A stretch of DNA of 56,744 bases, from NCBI GenBank assembly GCA_043813915.1, contig JBDRKO010000009.1, forward strand, positions 1 through 56,744, written 5' to 3'. Origin of the DNA: Candidatus Omnitrophota bacterium (GTDB lineage: Bacteria; Omnitrophota; Gorgyraeia; Tantalellales; Tantalellaceae). Under the pieces are notes generated by a model, which saw nothing but the letters and a program-made list of their open reading frames with translations, was not told the DNA's origin and ran no database searches. Made by a program: the position numbers and the translations under genes. How positions within the stretch are numbered: position 1 is the stretch's first letter; every line of letters begins with the position of its first letter. Below, piece after piece: positions 42,027 to 52,279 of this stretch.

Positions 42027-42796
42027 TTTCCCTCTTCCGCTTCGGCGGTCTTTTTCATTATCATTCTAACCTTTTCCAGATCTTTCTCAGTATCCACTCC
42101 GAAAGTGTCGTATCGCGTTTCCACGGTCTTGATCTTGTACCCGTGCTCCAGTACCCTCAATTGTTCCAGCTTCTCATCCTCTTCAAGTGTTGATTTAGGC
42201 AGATTCGAGAACGTCATAAGAAAATCCTTGGTATACGCGTATATACCTATATGTTTGAAATATCTGCCGGATATTTCCTCTTCGCTGCCGGGCCCGTAAC
42301 CGGAGCCCCTGACATAAGGTATAGGACTTCGTGAAAAATATAATGCGAAACCTTTCCTGTCCACTACCACTTTCACTACATTGGGATCTTCTATCTCCTC
42401 TTTTGTCCGCGCCCGCTTGATGAGGGTGGCCATTTTTATATCCGGCTCACATTCAAACGCCCTGACCAATTCATCCAGCATCATAGGCTGGATCAGCGGC
42501 TCATCCGCCTGCACGTTTATCAGGATATCGGCATTAATAGCGGACGCCGCCTCGGCAAGTCTATCGGTCCCCGAGATATGTTCGGCCGAGGTCATAACGG
42601 CTTTTGCGCCGAACGATTCGACCGCTTTCATGACTTTTTCCTTATCAACAGCCACAATAACGTCATCCACGCGATGAGAAAGTTTTGCTCTCTCCCAGAC
42701 GTGCTGCAGCATGGGTTTTCCGTTTATATCAAGCAGGACTTTCCCTTTAAGTCTGGTGGAATGCCATCTTGCCGGGATTATCGCGACAACCTTCAT
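42023..42796 (-). CDS. kdsB: CMP-Kdo synthetase
   Basis: IIPARWHSTRL, SGTDR, NVQADEP, LYFSR, HIGIYAY, EKLEQLR. Confidence 0.96.
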   Translation of the reverse strand: MKVVAIIPARWHSTRLKGKVLLDINGKPMLQHVWERAKLSHRVDDVIVAVDKEKVMKAVESFGAKAVMTSAEHISGTDRLAEAASAINADILINVQADEPLIQPMMLDELVRAFECEPDIKMATLIKRARTKEEIEDPNVVKVVVDRKGFALYFSRSPIPYVRGSGYGPGSEEEISGRYFKHIGIYAYTKDFLMTFSNLPKSTLEEDEKLEQLRVLEHGYKIKTVETRYDTFGVDTEKDLEKVRMIMKKTAEAEEGK

Positions 42797-43800
42797 GCTC
42801 CGCCCTTTCCGGCCTCTTTTTTCAGTCTATCCAAAAGTTCTCCGGGTTCGACCACAGCCACTCCGACCTTGCCCACGACTATACCCGCGGCACAGTTCGA
42901 GATATGCGCCGAAAGCATGGGAGAAGCGCCGCTTGCCGCGCATAACGAGTATACCGCCACTACTGTATCTCCCGCTCCCGAGACATCGAACACCTCTTGA
43001 GCAAGCGTGGGTATCTTCTTGGGCTTTTTCCCTTTCTCGAAGACCATCATCCCGTTCTCCCCCAGCGTAATAAGTATCACGCTGGCCTTTAATTTATTCA
43101 GCAGTTTATTTCCCGCCTTAAGAAGCGCCTCGTTACTGTCTATGGGAAAACCCGCGGCTTTCGCGGCTTCATGATGATTCGGCGTAATTACAGTAACGCC
43201 TTTGTAGTACGAAAAATGGTTCTCCTTAGGATCAACGGCTATCATCTTTTTATGTTTTTTCGCTTCACGTACGGCCGTTTTTAAAAGAGCGGGTGTTATA
43301 AGGCCTTTTCCATAATCTTCTATTATGATCCCGTCGGCGTTTTTTATGTTCGCTTCCAAATAATCCTGTATTTTTCGCAGATACTTATTGGATATCTGCT
43401 CTATATTCTCACGATCTATCCGGACAACTTGCTGGTGATGGGCAATAACGCGCGTCTTAAGAATGGTGGGCCTGTTATGATCGGAAAATATCCCTTCCGT
43501 CGATATTCCCTGCTTGTCTAACTTATCCTTAAGTATTTCAGCCTTTTCATCTTCCCCCACTATGCCTACAAGAAAGGCTTTCCCGCCGAGTTTAGCTATA
43601 TTGCTCGCCACGTTACAGGCCCCACCCGGCATAAACCCTTCATCCTTTACCCATACTACAGGAACGGGGGCTTCCGGAGATATGCGGGAAACCTCTCCCC
43701 ATATGAACTGATCAAGAAGAAGGTCCCCTATAACGATTATTTTCTTCTTGCTGAATCTGTTAACGACATTCGCTAAAGTCGAATACTTATATTGTTTCAC
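42793..43800 (-). CDS. rfaE1: D-glycero-beta-D-manno-heptose 7-phosphate kinase
   Basis: RISPEAPVPVV, DYGKG, TPNHHE, DVSGAGDTV. Confidence 0.93.
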   Translation of the reverse strand: MKQYKYSTLANVVNRFSKKKIIVIGDLLLDQFIWGEVSRISPEAPVPVVWVKDEGFMPGGACNVASNIAKLGGKAFLVGIVGEDEKAEILKDKLDKQGISTEGIFSDHNRPTILKTRVIAHHQQVVRIDRENIEQISNKYLRKIQDYLEANIKNADGIIIEDYGKGLITPALLKTAVREAKKHKKMIAVDPKENHFSYYKGVTVITPNHHEAAKAAGFPIDSNEALLKAGNKLLNKLKASVILITLGENGMMVFEKGKKPKKIPTLAQEVFDVSGAGDTVVAVYSLCAASGASPMLSAHISNCAAGIVVGKVGVAVVEPGELLDRLKKEAGKGGA

Positions 43801-43818
43801 CTGATGCCTCCGTTAGCA

Positions 43819-44151
43819 TCAACCCAAAAGAGGGTCGATCTTTGATATGATCCTGTGTTTGGGAACAGCCCCGGTAACTTTATCCACTATCTCTCCGTTG
43901 TTGAATATGATGAACGTGGGTATGTTCATTATCCCGTACGCGGTAGCCGTATCCGGCGCTTCTTCGACATTGACCTTACATACCTTGAGCTTCCCTTCAT
44001 ACTCCGCGGCTATCTCTCCGATAATAGGAGCGATCATTTTGCAGGGACCGCACCATTCGGCCCAAAAATCGACCAATACCGGCGACGGTGCTCCCAACAC
44101 TTCTTCCTTAAAATTATTATCATTAACCGTTATCTCAAGCGCTCTAGACAT
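43819..44151 (-). CDS. trxA: Thioredoxin
   Basis: VDFWAEWCGPCKMIAP. Confidence 0.96.
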   Translation of the reverse strand: MSRALEITVNDNNFKEEVLGAPSPVLVDFWAEWCGPCKMIAPIIGEIAAEYEGKLKVCKVNVEEAPDTATAYGIMNIPTFIIFNNGEIVDKVTGAVPKHRIISKIDPLLG

Positions 44152-44201
44152 GATAGGCTCCTTGTTTAGTGACAGATATTATAAGAGTAATACAGGAGTG
44201 T

Positions 44202-44230
44202 ATTATATTATTTTCATATCCAACTGGCAA
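44202..44230 (-). promoter_or_regulatory. Sigma70-like promoter upstream of trxA
   Basis: TTGCCA-17 nt-TATAAT. Confidence 0.65.
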
Positions 44231-44269
44231 GCATCATTGTTCTAAAGGCATTTATTAGGAGATAAAAAA

Positions 44270-45310
44270 CTAAGCATTACCTAGTATGCGGCGGGCTTCT
44301 TTAATAACATCTTGCGGGGTAATAGCTTTAAGACATTCGAACGCTTTTGCGCAATTGTGAGCCATACAAACATCACATTGCGGGGGTTTATGCAAAATAC
44401 CGTCCTTATCGCCTATTGGTCCCCATCTTTTTGGAGAAAGTCCGGGATCATTGCGCCCGAAGATCGAGATGACCGGTGTCCCGACCGCTACCGCGATATG
44501 GACCGGCCCCGAATCGTTAGAGACGAATAGCCGGCATCTTGATAACATTTCGACAAGCTCTCCGAGGAGAAGCACTCCCGTCAGATCGGTGATCCGGTTC
44601 TTCATCCTGGACGCGATCTGTGAACTGTATTCGGAAGTCTCATCCGATCCCACCAGAATAATATCATATCCGTAAAGGTCCCCGAGGGCATCCGCGGTTT
44701 CCGCGAATCTTTCAGGGGCCCATCTTTTCGACGCGCAGCTGGCCCCGGCATGAAAAGCTATTTTTTCTTTTCCCAGACCGGAACTTTTTTCCACGGAATC
44801 TACCAGCTTTCTCTCTTCCTCTGACGTAAATATGTACGGTTTGGGATCATACCCGGAAACATCGAATCCCGCGGCTATGAGCATATCCCGGTTATATTCC
44901 GTTTCGTGACGTTCCCCTTTTTGTTTTTCATGTGGTATCCGCTTTGTAAGAAGGGATCCCATATTTTTATCATACCCTATCCTGACGGGGATACCCGCCA
45001 GGAACATGATCATATGCGCCCTGTTAGTAGGATGCAATGCGATAGCCGTATCGAAACGTTCCCTCCTTATCCGCCAAGCGAATTTGACGGTCTCAATAAA
45101 ACTTTTATGCGATCCGTATTTATCGTATACGATAACCTTGTCCAGATCAGGATTATTCTTTACTATATCCTTATTCTCGGGACGCACCATAAAAACTATA
45201 TACGCTTCGGGGAAACGTTTCCGCATGAAACGTATTACAGGAGTGGACAATATCACGTCCCCCATCCTGTCCGTCCGTGTTATAAGTATGCGTTTAGGTA
45301 TATTCTTCAT
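44270..45310 (-). CDS. GT9 heptosyltransferase (WaaF-like)
   Basis: RMGDVILSTP, SKRW, SNDSGPVHIA, IFG. Confidence 0.9.
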   Translation of the reverse strand: MKNIPKRILITRTDRMGDVILSTPVIRFMRKRFPEAYIVFMVRPENKDIVKNNPDLDKVIVYDKYGSHKSFIETVKFAWRIRRERFDTAIALHPTNRAHMIMFLAGIPVRIGYDKNMGSLLTKRIPHEKQKGERHETEYNRDMLIAAGFDVSGYDPKPYIFTSEEERKLVDSVEKSSGLGKEKIAFHAGASCASKRWAPERFAETADALGDLYGYDIILVGSDETSEYSSQIASRMKNRITDLTGVLLLGELVEMLSRCRLFVSNDSGPVHIAVAVGTPVISIFGRNDPGLSPKRWGPIGDKDGILHKPPQCDVCMAHNCAKAFECLKAITPQDVIKEARRILGNA

Positions 45311-45316
45311 GGTTTA

Positions 45317-45695
45317 GTATAGCGTTTCTAATAGCATAGCGCATGGAGCATAGAGTTTGTGGAGTTTGTTGGGTTGTATTGACTGAACCTCTATTTGTAA
45401 CCCGACTGTAGTAACCAGTTGCCTGTTACCCGTAACCAGTGATTTGCTTTTTCTGGTAACTGGTCCCCACTTTACTCAACGAATCGCATAGCGCTTGCCT
45501 GCCGGCAGGCAAGCATAGAGCATGGCGCATGGCTTTATATTCGTATATCGTATAGAGTATAGCGAATGTCGTATAGCGTGAACAGAAATAAAAATATATT
45601 CTGGGGACATCTTGAGGGGCAGGTTTACACTCCTCCGAGAAAGGTGTCCACAGAACTTCTGACTTCTCGCTTCTCTCATCCCTATGCTCTATGCC
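45317..45695. repeat. Intergenic mosaic: tract G, partial F (45411-45483), GCTTGCCTGCCGGCAGGCAAGC palindrome, half B (45576-45659), inverted tract G
   Basis: Direct matches to the other module copies. Confidence 0.88.
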
Positions 45696-45698
45696 ATT

Positions 45699-46205
45699 TT
45701 AACCATTCATTCTCTTATATACCTCTTCATATACATTATAATCGTACTCGGAGAAACATACGAACACTATCTCGTCAAAATTATCTTTATTCTTAAGGCC
45801 CTCGCTTATGGCTATTTCTGCCGCCTCTTTTACCGGGTATCCGTACATGCCTGTACTTATGGCCGGAAAAGCTATTGTCGCCGCGCCGCTTTCTTCGGCT
45901 AAACGTAAACTATTCCTATAACAGTTCCGGAGCGCCTCGGCCTCCCCGCGCCTTCCGCCATGCCATACTGGACCGGGAGTATGTATGATCTTTCGTGCTT
46001 TAAGAGAGCCCGCTCCCGTGATCATGGCTTCTCCTGTAGGACACCCGCCTATCTTTCTGCATTCCTCCATAACGGAAACTCCGGCAGCCCTATGTATCGC
46101 ACCGTCAACTCCTCCGCCCCCGGCCAGACGCGTATTCGCCGCGTTGACTACAACATCAACATTTTCCTGCGTAATATCCCCGAGTTTTATAATTATCTTT
46201 CCCAT
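45699..46205 (-). CDS. Macro-domain O-acetyl-ADP-ribose deacetylase (YmdB-like)
   Basis: GDIT, VNAAN, GGGGVDGAIHRAAG, IHTPGP, FPAISTGMYGYP. Confidence 0.93.
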   Translation of the reverse strand: MGKIIIKLGDITQENVDVVVNAANTRLAGGGGVDGAIHRAAGVSVMEECRKIGGCPTGEAMITGAGSLKARKIIHTPGPVWHGGRRGEAEALRNCYRNSLRLAEESGAATIAFPAISTGMYGYPVKEAAEIAISEGLKNKDNFDEIVFVCFSEYDYNVYEEVYKRMNG

Positions 46206-46210
46206 AAGCA

Positions 46211-46280
46211 GGGGCACGGCATGCCGTGCCCGATATTCCAAAACATCACATTTCATGGGCACGGCATGCCGTGCCCCTAC
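46211..46280. repeat. Module E REP doublet
   Basis: Two GGGCACGGCATGCCGTGCCC palindromes separated by the ATTCCAAAACATCACATT linker. Confidence 0.88.
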
Positions 46281-47254
46281 CCCACCAGATCCTCCACCGC
46301 CGCTAAGACCTCTTCTAACCCTATTTCAGAGATGCAGCCTTCATCCGGACCGCGGGAACATAGAGCTTTTGAACAAGGCCGGCAATCGGCGGGTGAAGTG
46401 AGCACACGGCTTTTCTCGGCCAAAGGACCGTATTTCTTTTCGTCCGACGGCCCGAAAATGGCTATGGTCTTGGCGTTCACCGCGCTTGCTATGTGGAGAG
46501 GGGCGCTGTCATTAGTAATTATCATTTCGCCGCGTTTTATGAGTTCGGCAAGGGCGCCAAGCGATGTTTTTCCGCACATATTGACAGCTTTATTCTTCAT
46601 GTGCGCGATAAGCGCACCTACCGTCTGTCTGTCGTCTTCGCTGCCTATGATAAATACCGCGCGTCCCAGTTTTTCTATTATGATGTCCGATAACGCCGCG
46701 AACTTTTTCGCGTCCCATCTTTTTAAATGGCTTTTAGCTCCCGGTGAGATCACTATTATTTTCTTACCCTCCGGGCCTATAGCATTGTCTATGTAAGCTT
46801 TATCCTCATCTCTTATCGGCATAAAGAACCCGGGTTTATCGGAGCGATCAAGACCCAAAAACGATAATTTGTCCAGATGTTCGTTCTTTTTATGACCACA
46901 TGCCCGTCGGATAAAGCGGGGTCCTGAACGGTTCTTCGCTCCCGAGAACATCGGAATAAGCGAATTTTTCATATCTACGACCAGATCATACCTTTCTTTC
47001 CGGAACTTGATAAGATCGTTCATCCTGGCTTTGAAACTTTTGCCCGAGCTATGCAGTATTACTTTTCCTACGGATGGATGCCGCCTAAAAAGCTCCAGTC
47101 CCGGTTTTCCCGTGACAACATCGATACGCACTCCCGGAAAGGACCTGCATAGTTCCGTAAGAACGGGTGTTGTAAGTATTATGTCACCCAGATTGTTCAA
47201 AGTTATGAACAATATTTTTTGGACCGCGCGCCGCCGTGTGTTCATAAATTTCAA
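46277..47254 (-). CDS. GT9 glycosyltransferase (start may be a few codons downstream)
   Basis: NLGDIILTTP, LKRW, TNDSAPLHIA, IFGP. Confidence 0.9.
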   Translation of the reverse strand: MKFMNTRRRAVQKILFITLNNLGDIILTTPVLTELCRSFPGVRIDVVTGKPGLELFRRHPSVGKVILHSSGKSFKARMNDLIKFRKERYDLVVDMKNSLIPMFSGAKNRSGPRFIRRACGHKKNEHLDKLSFLGLDRSDKPGFFMPIRDEDKAYIDNAIGPEGKKIIVISPGAKSHLKRWDAKKFAALSDIIIEKLGRAVFIIGSEDDRQTVGALIAHMKNKAVNMCGKTSLGALAELIKRGEMIITNDSAPLHIASAVNAKTIAIFGPSDEKKYGPLAEKSRVLTSPADCRPCSKALCSRGPDEGCISEIGLEEVLAAVEDLVG

Positions 47255-48276
47255 CCCAAAGCCTTTACGGCTATTTCAAACACTTCATCCACACTTATAA
47301 CATCCATGCATTTTTTGTTCAAAAGACAATCCTCGGCATAACACGGGAGGCCGCAATCTATTCTACCTTCGGACGATATAACAATATGCTCCCCTTCCCC
47401 TATTTGCCCGGTAATACGGGGCGATGTGGGGCCGAAAAGCCCTATTGTTCTGCCCCCAGCGGCCGCGGCCAGATGAAGCGGCCCGGAATCGGAACTGATG
47501 ACTAGACCGCTTTTTTTGAAGACCGCCGCCAGTTCTCCCAGCTTAGTATCACCCGCCAAACTGAAACACCTCCGGTCGTTAACTTTTTCCGTTATATACC
47601 GCGCCAGTTCTTTGTCTCCCTCTGCCCCTGTTATGACGACCTTGATAGCGGCATTATGAGCAAGGAGACGCGCGATAAGCTCCGCGAAACTGTCTCTATC
47701 CCACCTTTTCTGGGGCCAATTTCCCGCGGGATGCACAGCGATAAACTTACAAGCGCCGCCGAGCCTGTTTCTCAGTACGTCTTCGGCTTTCTTCATATCT
47801 TTTTCAGAGACCGAATATCTGTATTTTTTATCTGAAATTTTTCCGCTTTTAGCTCCGGTCAAAAGCAAAAGAGTATCTGCTCTATGCATAGGCACATTCG
47901 GGATCTTTATCTCGGATGTAATAGCCGATCTTTTTCCCGAAAAGCCTATCCGTTCGGGGATCCCGGCGGCACAGGCCATCATCGTTTTGCTCTTTGACGG
48001 TTTAAGAAGATAACACACGTCATATTTTTTCTTTCTTGTTTTCAGGATAAAAACTATTTTTTCAAAAAAAGATAAGATCCCTCTTCTATCCGAAAGTAAT
48101 ACAATGTCATCAACATCGGGTGAACCGTGAAGCAGTTCAGCGTATCTGGGGACTACCGCGCAGGTTATCCTGGCGCTTTTATGCTCTTTCTTTAAAGCTC
48201 TCAACAAAGGAAAAGAGAAGAGTATATCCCCCAGCCAGTTGAGTTCGAATATGAGTATGTTTTTGGGATTATTCAT
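47251..48276 (-). CDS. GT9 heptosyltransferase (WaaF-like)
   Basis: NWLGDILFSFP, QKRW, SSDSGPLHLA, LFGPT. Start at MNNPKN. Confidence 0.9.
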   Translation of the reverse strand: MNNPKNILIFELNWLGDILFSFPLLRALKKEHKSARITCAVVPRYAELLHGSPDVDDIVLLSDRRGILSFFEKIVFILKTRKKKYDVCYLLKPSKSKTMMACAAGIPERIGFSGKRSAITSEIKIPNVPMHRADTLLLLTGAKSGKISDKKYRYSVSEKDMKKAEDVLRNRLGGACKFIAVHPAGNWPQKRWDRDSFAELIARLLAHNAAIKVVITGAEGDKELARYITEKVNDRRCFSLAGDTKLGELAAVFKKSGLVISSDSGPLHLAAAAGGRTIGLFGPTSPRITGQIGEGEHIVISSEGRIDCGLPCYAEDCLLNKKCMDVISVDEVFEIAVKALG

Positions 48277-48376
48277 AATGATTTGTGAACAGTGTTCTGC
48301 TCCGCCCTTAAACAACAGGGCTCGCTGGTAGGGCTTCGCAGGAACAAGCATAGAGCACAGCGTTTTATTCGTATAT

Positions 48377-48466
48377 CGTGATCAGAAATAAAAATATATT
48401 CTGGGGACATTCTTCGACCAGGGTTTATACTCCCACGGGAAGAGTGTCCTCAGAACTTTCGCCTTC
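48377..48466 (-). repeat. Module B half copy overlapping the 3' end of the GT4 gene
   Basis: Near-identical to the reverse complement of 14932-15023. Confidence 0.9.
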
Positions 48467-49561
48467 TACCACTTCTCTGTACACTTTAATAGTCTTGTCT
48501 ACACTCTTGTCAAGAGAAAATCCGGCTATGGCCTTTTCTCTCGCCTTTCGTCCCATACTCTCCCTCATCCCCGGGTCTTCTATGAACCTCATTATCCCGG
48601 AAGCCAGCCGAACGGCGTCTACGGGAGGGACCAGAAAACCGTCTTTGCCGTCGATAATGAGTTCCGAAAGTCCGGGAACATCACTGGCTATACAGGCTTT
48701 TCCGCCGGCCATAGCTTCCATCAGGGACAGGCCGAGTCCTTCCGATATCGAAGGCAGACAGAATATGTCCATTAAAGACAGATACCCGGTCAAGGTCAAT
48801 TCTCCGACGCCCATTATCACTTTACCGGAAAGTCCGCTTTCCGAGATCTGCCGCCGGAGCGTCTTCTCTTCTTTTCCTTCCCCGACCAAGAGAAGACAGC
48901 TTTGCGGATATTTTTCTATAACGCGCGCGAACGCGTCTATTAGATACTTGTATCCTTTTACGGAAGAAAGTCTTCCGACGGAACCTATTATGACCGCGTT
49001 CTCATCTATTCCCATCTTCCTCATAAAATCGAGGTCCTTATCGTTTCTCCGGGACAGATATTTTTCGACTTCTATGCCGTTATATATCATTTCCACACGG
49101 CTTTCTTCTATACCGAAATCGTCCATAAGGTGTTCTTTCACACCGTTGCTTATCGCTATTATTTTAGCTCCCCAGCAAGGGAATAAACGTCTGAAAACCT
49201 TTTTATACCGGAAAAAACCGTGACAGGTCGACACGAAAGGTGTTTTTGTAAGCCATGACGCGGCGCAGGCTATGATCTGAGCGACCCTAGTCTGAGCATG
49301 GACAAGCTGAAAACCGTTCTTTTTTATTTCCCGGATAAGAACGGGTATGGCCAAAGCCGCTTTCGGACCGAATTCCGATTTGGTCCTTATATCTATTTTT
49401 ATATGACGGATGCCGTTTGCAGCCAGGTCTTTTTCCATCTGACCGCCGGATGAGGCTACGCTGACATCTACACCTTTTCTTTTTAAATATCCGGCAAGAT
49501 TCACCGTATAGACCGCTACTCCGCCGATATCCAAATGTGTGGTCAATAAGAGTATTTTCAT
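48425..49561 (-). CDS. GT4 glycosyltransferase
   Basis: VGRLSSVKG, EGLGLSLMEAMA. Confidence 0.92.
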   Translation of the reverse strand: MKILLLTTHLDIGGVAVYTVNLAGYLKRKGVDVSVASSGGQMEKDLAANGIRHIKIDIRTKSEFGPKAALAIPVLIREIKKNGFQLVHAQTRVAQIIACAASWLTKTPFVSTCHGFFRYKKVFRRLFPCWGAKIIAISNGVKEHLMDDFGIEESRVEMIYNGIEVEKYLSRRNDKDLDFMRKMGIDENAVIIGSVGRLSSVKGYKYLIDAFARVIEKYPQSCLLLVGEGKEEKTLRRQISESGLSGKVIMGVGELTLTGYLSLMDIFCLPSISEGLGLSLMEAMAGGKACIASDVPGLSELIIDGKDGFLVPPVDAVRLASGIMRFIEDPGMRESMGRKAREKAIAGFSLDKSVDKTIKVYREVVEGESSEDTLPVGV

Positions 49562-49635
49562 AATGATCCGTGAACGGTTTAAAGAAGTCAGACGCCAGAT
49601 ATTAGTGAGAGCTCCTCTGTCCTCTGTCTTCCCTA

Positions 49636-49848
49636 CTCAGCCCGCTTTAGCGGACTGCGTGCCACAATCTTCCGAGCTCTTCCCCGCCATCCCCCGTAGA
49701 TGCAGAGTTACGTAAATAATTTTGTTACCCGAAGGGGCGGGTGTTCACGGCGAGTTCCGCACAACCGCCTCTTTGCTTCGCAAAGCGAAGCAGCGGGGGG
49801 AGGACTGTCTGAGTCCGGAACACTTGCCACTTCGGGTGACAGTTTAAT
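49636..49848 (+). repeat. Module A copy 5 (long inner arm, 3' end truncated)
   Basis: Colinear with copy 3; followed directly by module E (49860-49910). Confidence 0.93.
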
Positions 49849-49907
49849 ATATCACACGTATTCCAAAACGTCACATTGCATGGGCACGGCATGCCGTGCC
49901 CCTACGT

Positions 49908-52028
49908 CTATTCTCCAGGTTCTCCTGCATCTCCCCCGGCCCCTATTCCCATAACTTCCATTAACGCATCAAAGACCTCTTTGGGTTTTACGGACTGCAT
50001 GCATCTTTTCTTGTTCGCGCATACCGACTTGTAACACGGTGAACATTTTAGTTTCTTTCTTATTATCCTATGTTTCCCGCATGGCCCCAGATGTCTAGCG
50101 GGGTCAGTAGGCCCGAAGATGGCCACGAACGGTGTCCCTACACTTGACGCTATGTGCATAGGCGCGCTGTCGCCGGTTAAAAGCGCGTCACATTTCTTTA
50201 TCAAACCTATGAGCTCGGAAATACCCGTCGTTCCTACGGCATTTATGGGTTTTGCTTTTGTTCTTTTCAGGAACTCTTCAGCGCATGTTTTATCCTCCGC
50301 CGTACCGAGAACAACTGTCCGTATCCCGTGCTTCTCGGCTAACAGGTCCGCCAGTTCGGCGGCATAAGATATATCCCAATTCTTAGTTTCCCATTTTCTC
50401 GAGGCCGAAAGGCTTAATGCTACGAGCTTATGGTCTTTTTTGAACCAGTTCCTTTCCAGCATTTCTTGCGCCCACGGTTCACCTCTTCCCGACCATAATT
50501 CGAGACGGTTATCCACCTTGGTTATACCTAAAAGACCGAGCACACATGCTTGATGTTCCACCGGACCCATCGCCGCGCGTGGCAGGCTTATTTTGCGGTT
50601 AAGAAGAAAACTTAATTTACCGTTGTCATACCCATACCGTTCGGTCACCCTGCTCAGAAAAGCCAGTAGATGGCTTTTTCTGTTGTTCTGCAGGTCGATC
50701 GAGATATCAAAATCCTCGGACCTTAATCTGTTGGTAAGTTCCAGAAAACCTCTTCCTTTATCCCTGCCGTTAAGATCGCACGTTATGACCTCGTCTATGT
50801 AAGGACATTTGTCCAGGATCTCCCTGAATTTCACATTCACAAGGACTTTTATCTGGGAAGACGGGAACCTTTCCCTCACGGCTCTCAGTGACGGTACGCT
50901 GAGTATTACGTCCCCGAGCGAACTTATCTTAATGATGAGTATCTTTTTCATATTAAGGACTTCCGAGTAAACTTCCAGCGTCCTACCCATGGTAGACCCG
51001 AGAGAATAATGTTCCTCAACGTATTTCCTCGCGGCCAGAGCTACCCTCTCACACATCTCGGGGTTTTCCATGAACCTGATGATCTTTTCGGCCATATCGG
51101 ACGGATTCATGGGTTCACAAAAAAGACCTGTCTCGGTGTCCTTTATGTTCTCTACCACTCCTCCTATTCTCGTGGCCACGACCGGAACGCCTCTGGCCTG
51201 CGCTTCTATTATGGATCTCCCGAAGGCTTCCTGTTCCCTGTTAGCGGATACCAGGACATTCATTTCTTTGAGTATATCCGGTACTTTTTTGTCGCTCCCC
51301 ACGAACCTGATGAACTTATTCAGCATCAACCGCCGTATGGTGAACTCTATCTTGCTTATATATTCCTCTTTGGCCGACTCTTTATCCCCCATAAGGATCA
51401 CACTTATGTTCTGTTTCTTTCTGCAGACATAAGAAGCGGCTTTCAGGAAATCCAGATGCCCTTTAAGCGGGGTGAACCTGCATATCATGCCTATAGTGAA
51501 CGGTTTTCTTTCGCGCTCGGACGGCGGGATAAAAGAGAACTTCTGAAGATCTACCCCGCGGGGTATTATCCTCATCTTTTGCATGGGTATCCCGAAAATG
51601 TCTTTCATGTATCTTGCCATTGTTTCATTGGCTACTATCACTATCTTGCCCCACCCTATTACGCGGCTTATAAGATGTTTTTTGTATTGCCCGTGCGCCG
51701 TAGTGATAAAGACACGTTTGGTGGATCTCGCCGCGAAATACCCGGAAAGCGCGGGTATCCTGCTCCTCGCGTGCACGATATTGATGTTCTCTTTTTTTAT
51801 TATTTCTTTCAGATTGAAATAGCAGAATATCATCACGAAGGGGTTTTTCCTGCCTATAGGCAGTTTATAATGTCTGGCCCCGATAGCGGCAAGGTTCTGC
51901 TCCAACGCTCCGCCGGAGGAGACAACAACAGCTTTGTGGCCGTTAAGTGTCAGATGCCGGGCAACTTCTACAGTGCCTCTTTCTACACCGCCGACGTTCA
52001 ATTTGGGTATCAATTGTAATATATTCAT
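49908..52028 (-). CDS. GT4-GT9 fusion glycosyltransferase
   Basis: N-terminal half GGVERGT...EAFGRSIIEAQA; C-terminal half SSLGDVILS...GDSAPMHIA...IFGPT. Start at MNILQ. Confidence 0.9.
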   Translation of the reverse strand: MNILQLIPKLNVGGVERGTVEVARHLTLNGHKAVVVSSGGALEQNLAAIGARHYKLPIGRKNPFVMIFCYFNLKEIIKKENINIVHARSRIPALSGYFAARSTKRVFITTAHGQYKKHLISRVIGWGKIVIVANETMARYMKDIFGIPMQKMRIIPRGVDLQKFSFIPPSERERKPFTIGMICRFTPLKGHLDFLKAASYVCRKKQNISVILMGDKESAKEEYISKIEFTIRRLMLNKFIRFVGSDKKVPDILKEMNVLVSANREQEAFGRSIIEAQARGVPVVATRIGGVVENIKDTETGLFCEPMNPSDMAEKIIRFMENPEMCERVALAARKYVEEHYSLGSTMGRTLEVYSEVLNMKKILIIKISSLGDVILSVPSLRAVRERFPSSQIKVLVNVKFREILDKCPYIDEVITCDLNGRDKGRGFLELTNRLRSEDFDISIDLQNNRKSHLLAFLSRVTERYGYDNGKLSFLLNRKISLPRAAMGPVEHQACVLGLLGITKVDNRLELWSGRGEPWAQEMLERNWFKKDHKLVALSLSASRKWETKNWDISYAAELADLLAEKHGIRTVVLGTAEDKTCAEEFLKRTKAKPINAVGTTGISELIGLIKKCDALLTGDSAPMHIASSVGTPFVAIFGPTDPARHLGPCGKHRIIRKKLKCSPCYKSVCANKKRCMQSVKPKEVFDALMEVMGIGAGGDAGEPGE

Positions 52029-52040
52029 GGTTTTAGCATA

Positions 52041-52255
52041 GCGTGAACAGAAATAAAAATATATTCTGGGGACATTCTTCGTCCAGGGCTTATTCTCCCA
52101 CGGGAAGAGTGTCCTCAGAACTTCCACCCTCAACTTTTAGACTGCTTCCCTCGCAAACGGGACACTTCCCTCCCCCCGTTGTTTTGCATTCGCAAAACAA
52201 AACACGGGGGTTTGGGAGGATGTCCCCATATCCTAGGCATGCGAACGTTGGTTCT
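52041..52255 (-). repeat. Module B full copy (inverted relative to 14811-15024)
   Basis: End-to-end alignable reverse complement. Confidence 0.9.
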
Positions 52256-52279
52256 TCCTATTACCCATGCCTTCACTAC

